Shown here piece after piece: positions 63,609 through 64,000 of a DNA stretch of 64,000 bases. The position numbers and the translations under genes are program-made. Positions within the stretch are counted from its first letter, which is position 1. Every line of letters begins with the position of its first letter. The notes beneath the pieces were generated by a model. It saw nothing but the letters and a program-made list of their open reading frames with translations. It ran no database searches and was not told the DNA's origin. Source of the DNA: Octopus sinensis (Eukaryota); NCBI RefSeq assembly GCF_006345805.1, contig NC_043003.1:33542001-33606000 (forward strand). The letters run 5' to 3'.

Positions 63609-64000
63609 CGACATAGCCAGAGTCAGGCACACAGAGAGATACAGAGAGAGATTCATACATATAAAAGACACACATGCATTTGCAGTATGTGAATATAATA
63701 TGACATGAGAGTATGAGTTTGATGCAGAAAAGGAATGTATAAACTACATCCGATTTGCTAGATATATCAGACGGTGAAATATTCTTGGTTCTTGTATGAC
63801 TTGGCGTCCTATCAATAGTTGGAAGATAGTCAAAAAACTGAAAACATATTTGATGTCAGAAGAAGTCAGTAAGGAACGAGTGCTGAGAAAAATATTGCTT
63901 CTATCCAAACCATAAGCAGAAAGGTCAAACGAAATATGGTTTATGTTTATCTTTTGTATTTGGTCTTGAACTTACGTCAAATTCACAAGAGCAGGTGCAC

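Overview
AT-rich, microsatellite-saturated eukaryotic DNA that is intergenic or intronic. The SINE, LINE and Penelope repertoire looks like octopus or another coleoid cephalopod; this is inferred from recognising repeat families, not from a database search. No intact protein-coding host gene, rRNA, real tRNA or CRISPR array can be supported, and most of the ORF track is translated microsatellite. Recognisable content: two Tx1/L1-type LINE remnants, an L2/CR1-type 3' end, four or more Penelope-like element (PLE) remnants, four mariner remnants, a Helitron derivative with a PIF1 helicase fragment and both termini, many tRNA-derived SINEs (three with clean TSDs), a C2H2 finger pair and several hairpin MITEs. 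The most interesting signals are: (1) a PLE GIY-YIG endonuclease whose GIY-to-YIG spacer is expanded to about 186 Asn/Ser/Thr-rich codons, versus 14 in a related copy in the same window; (2) several minimal hammerhead-ribozyme motifs, one near-intact beside an unassigned decayed ORF and one duplicated in a zero-loop palindrome; (3) many fold-back or inverted duplications. A few candidate minus-strand exons, including an 18-nt microexon, hint at a host gene but are unconfirmed.
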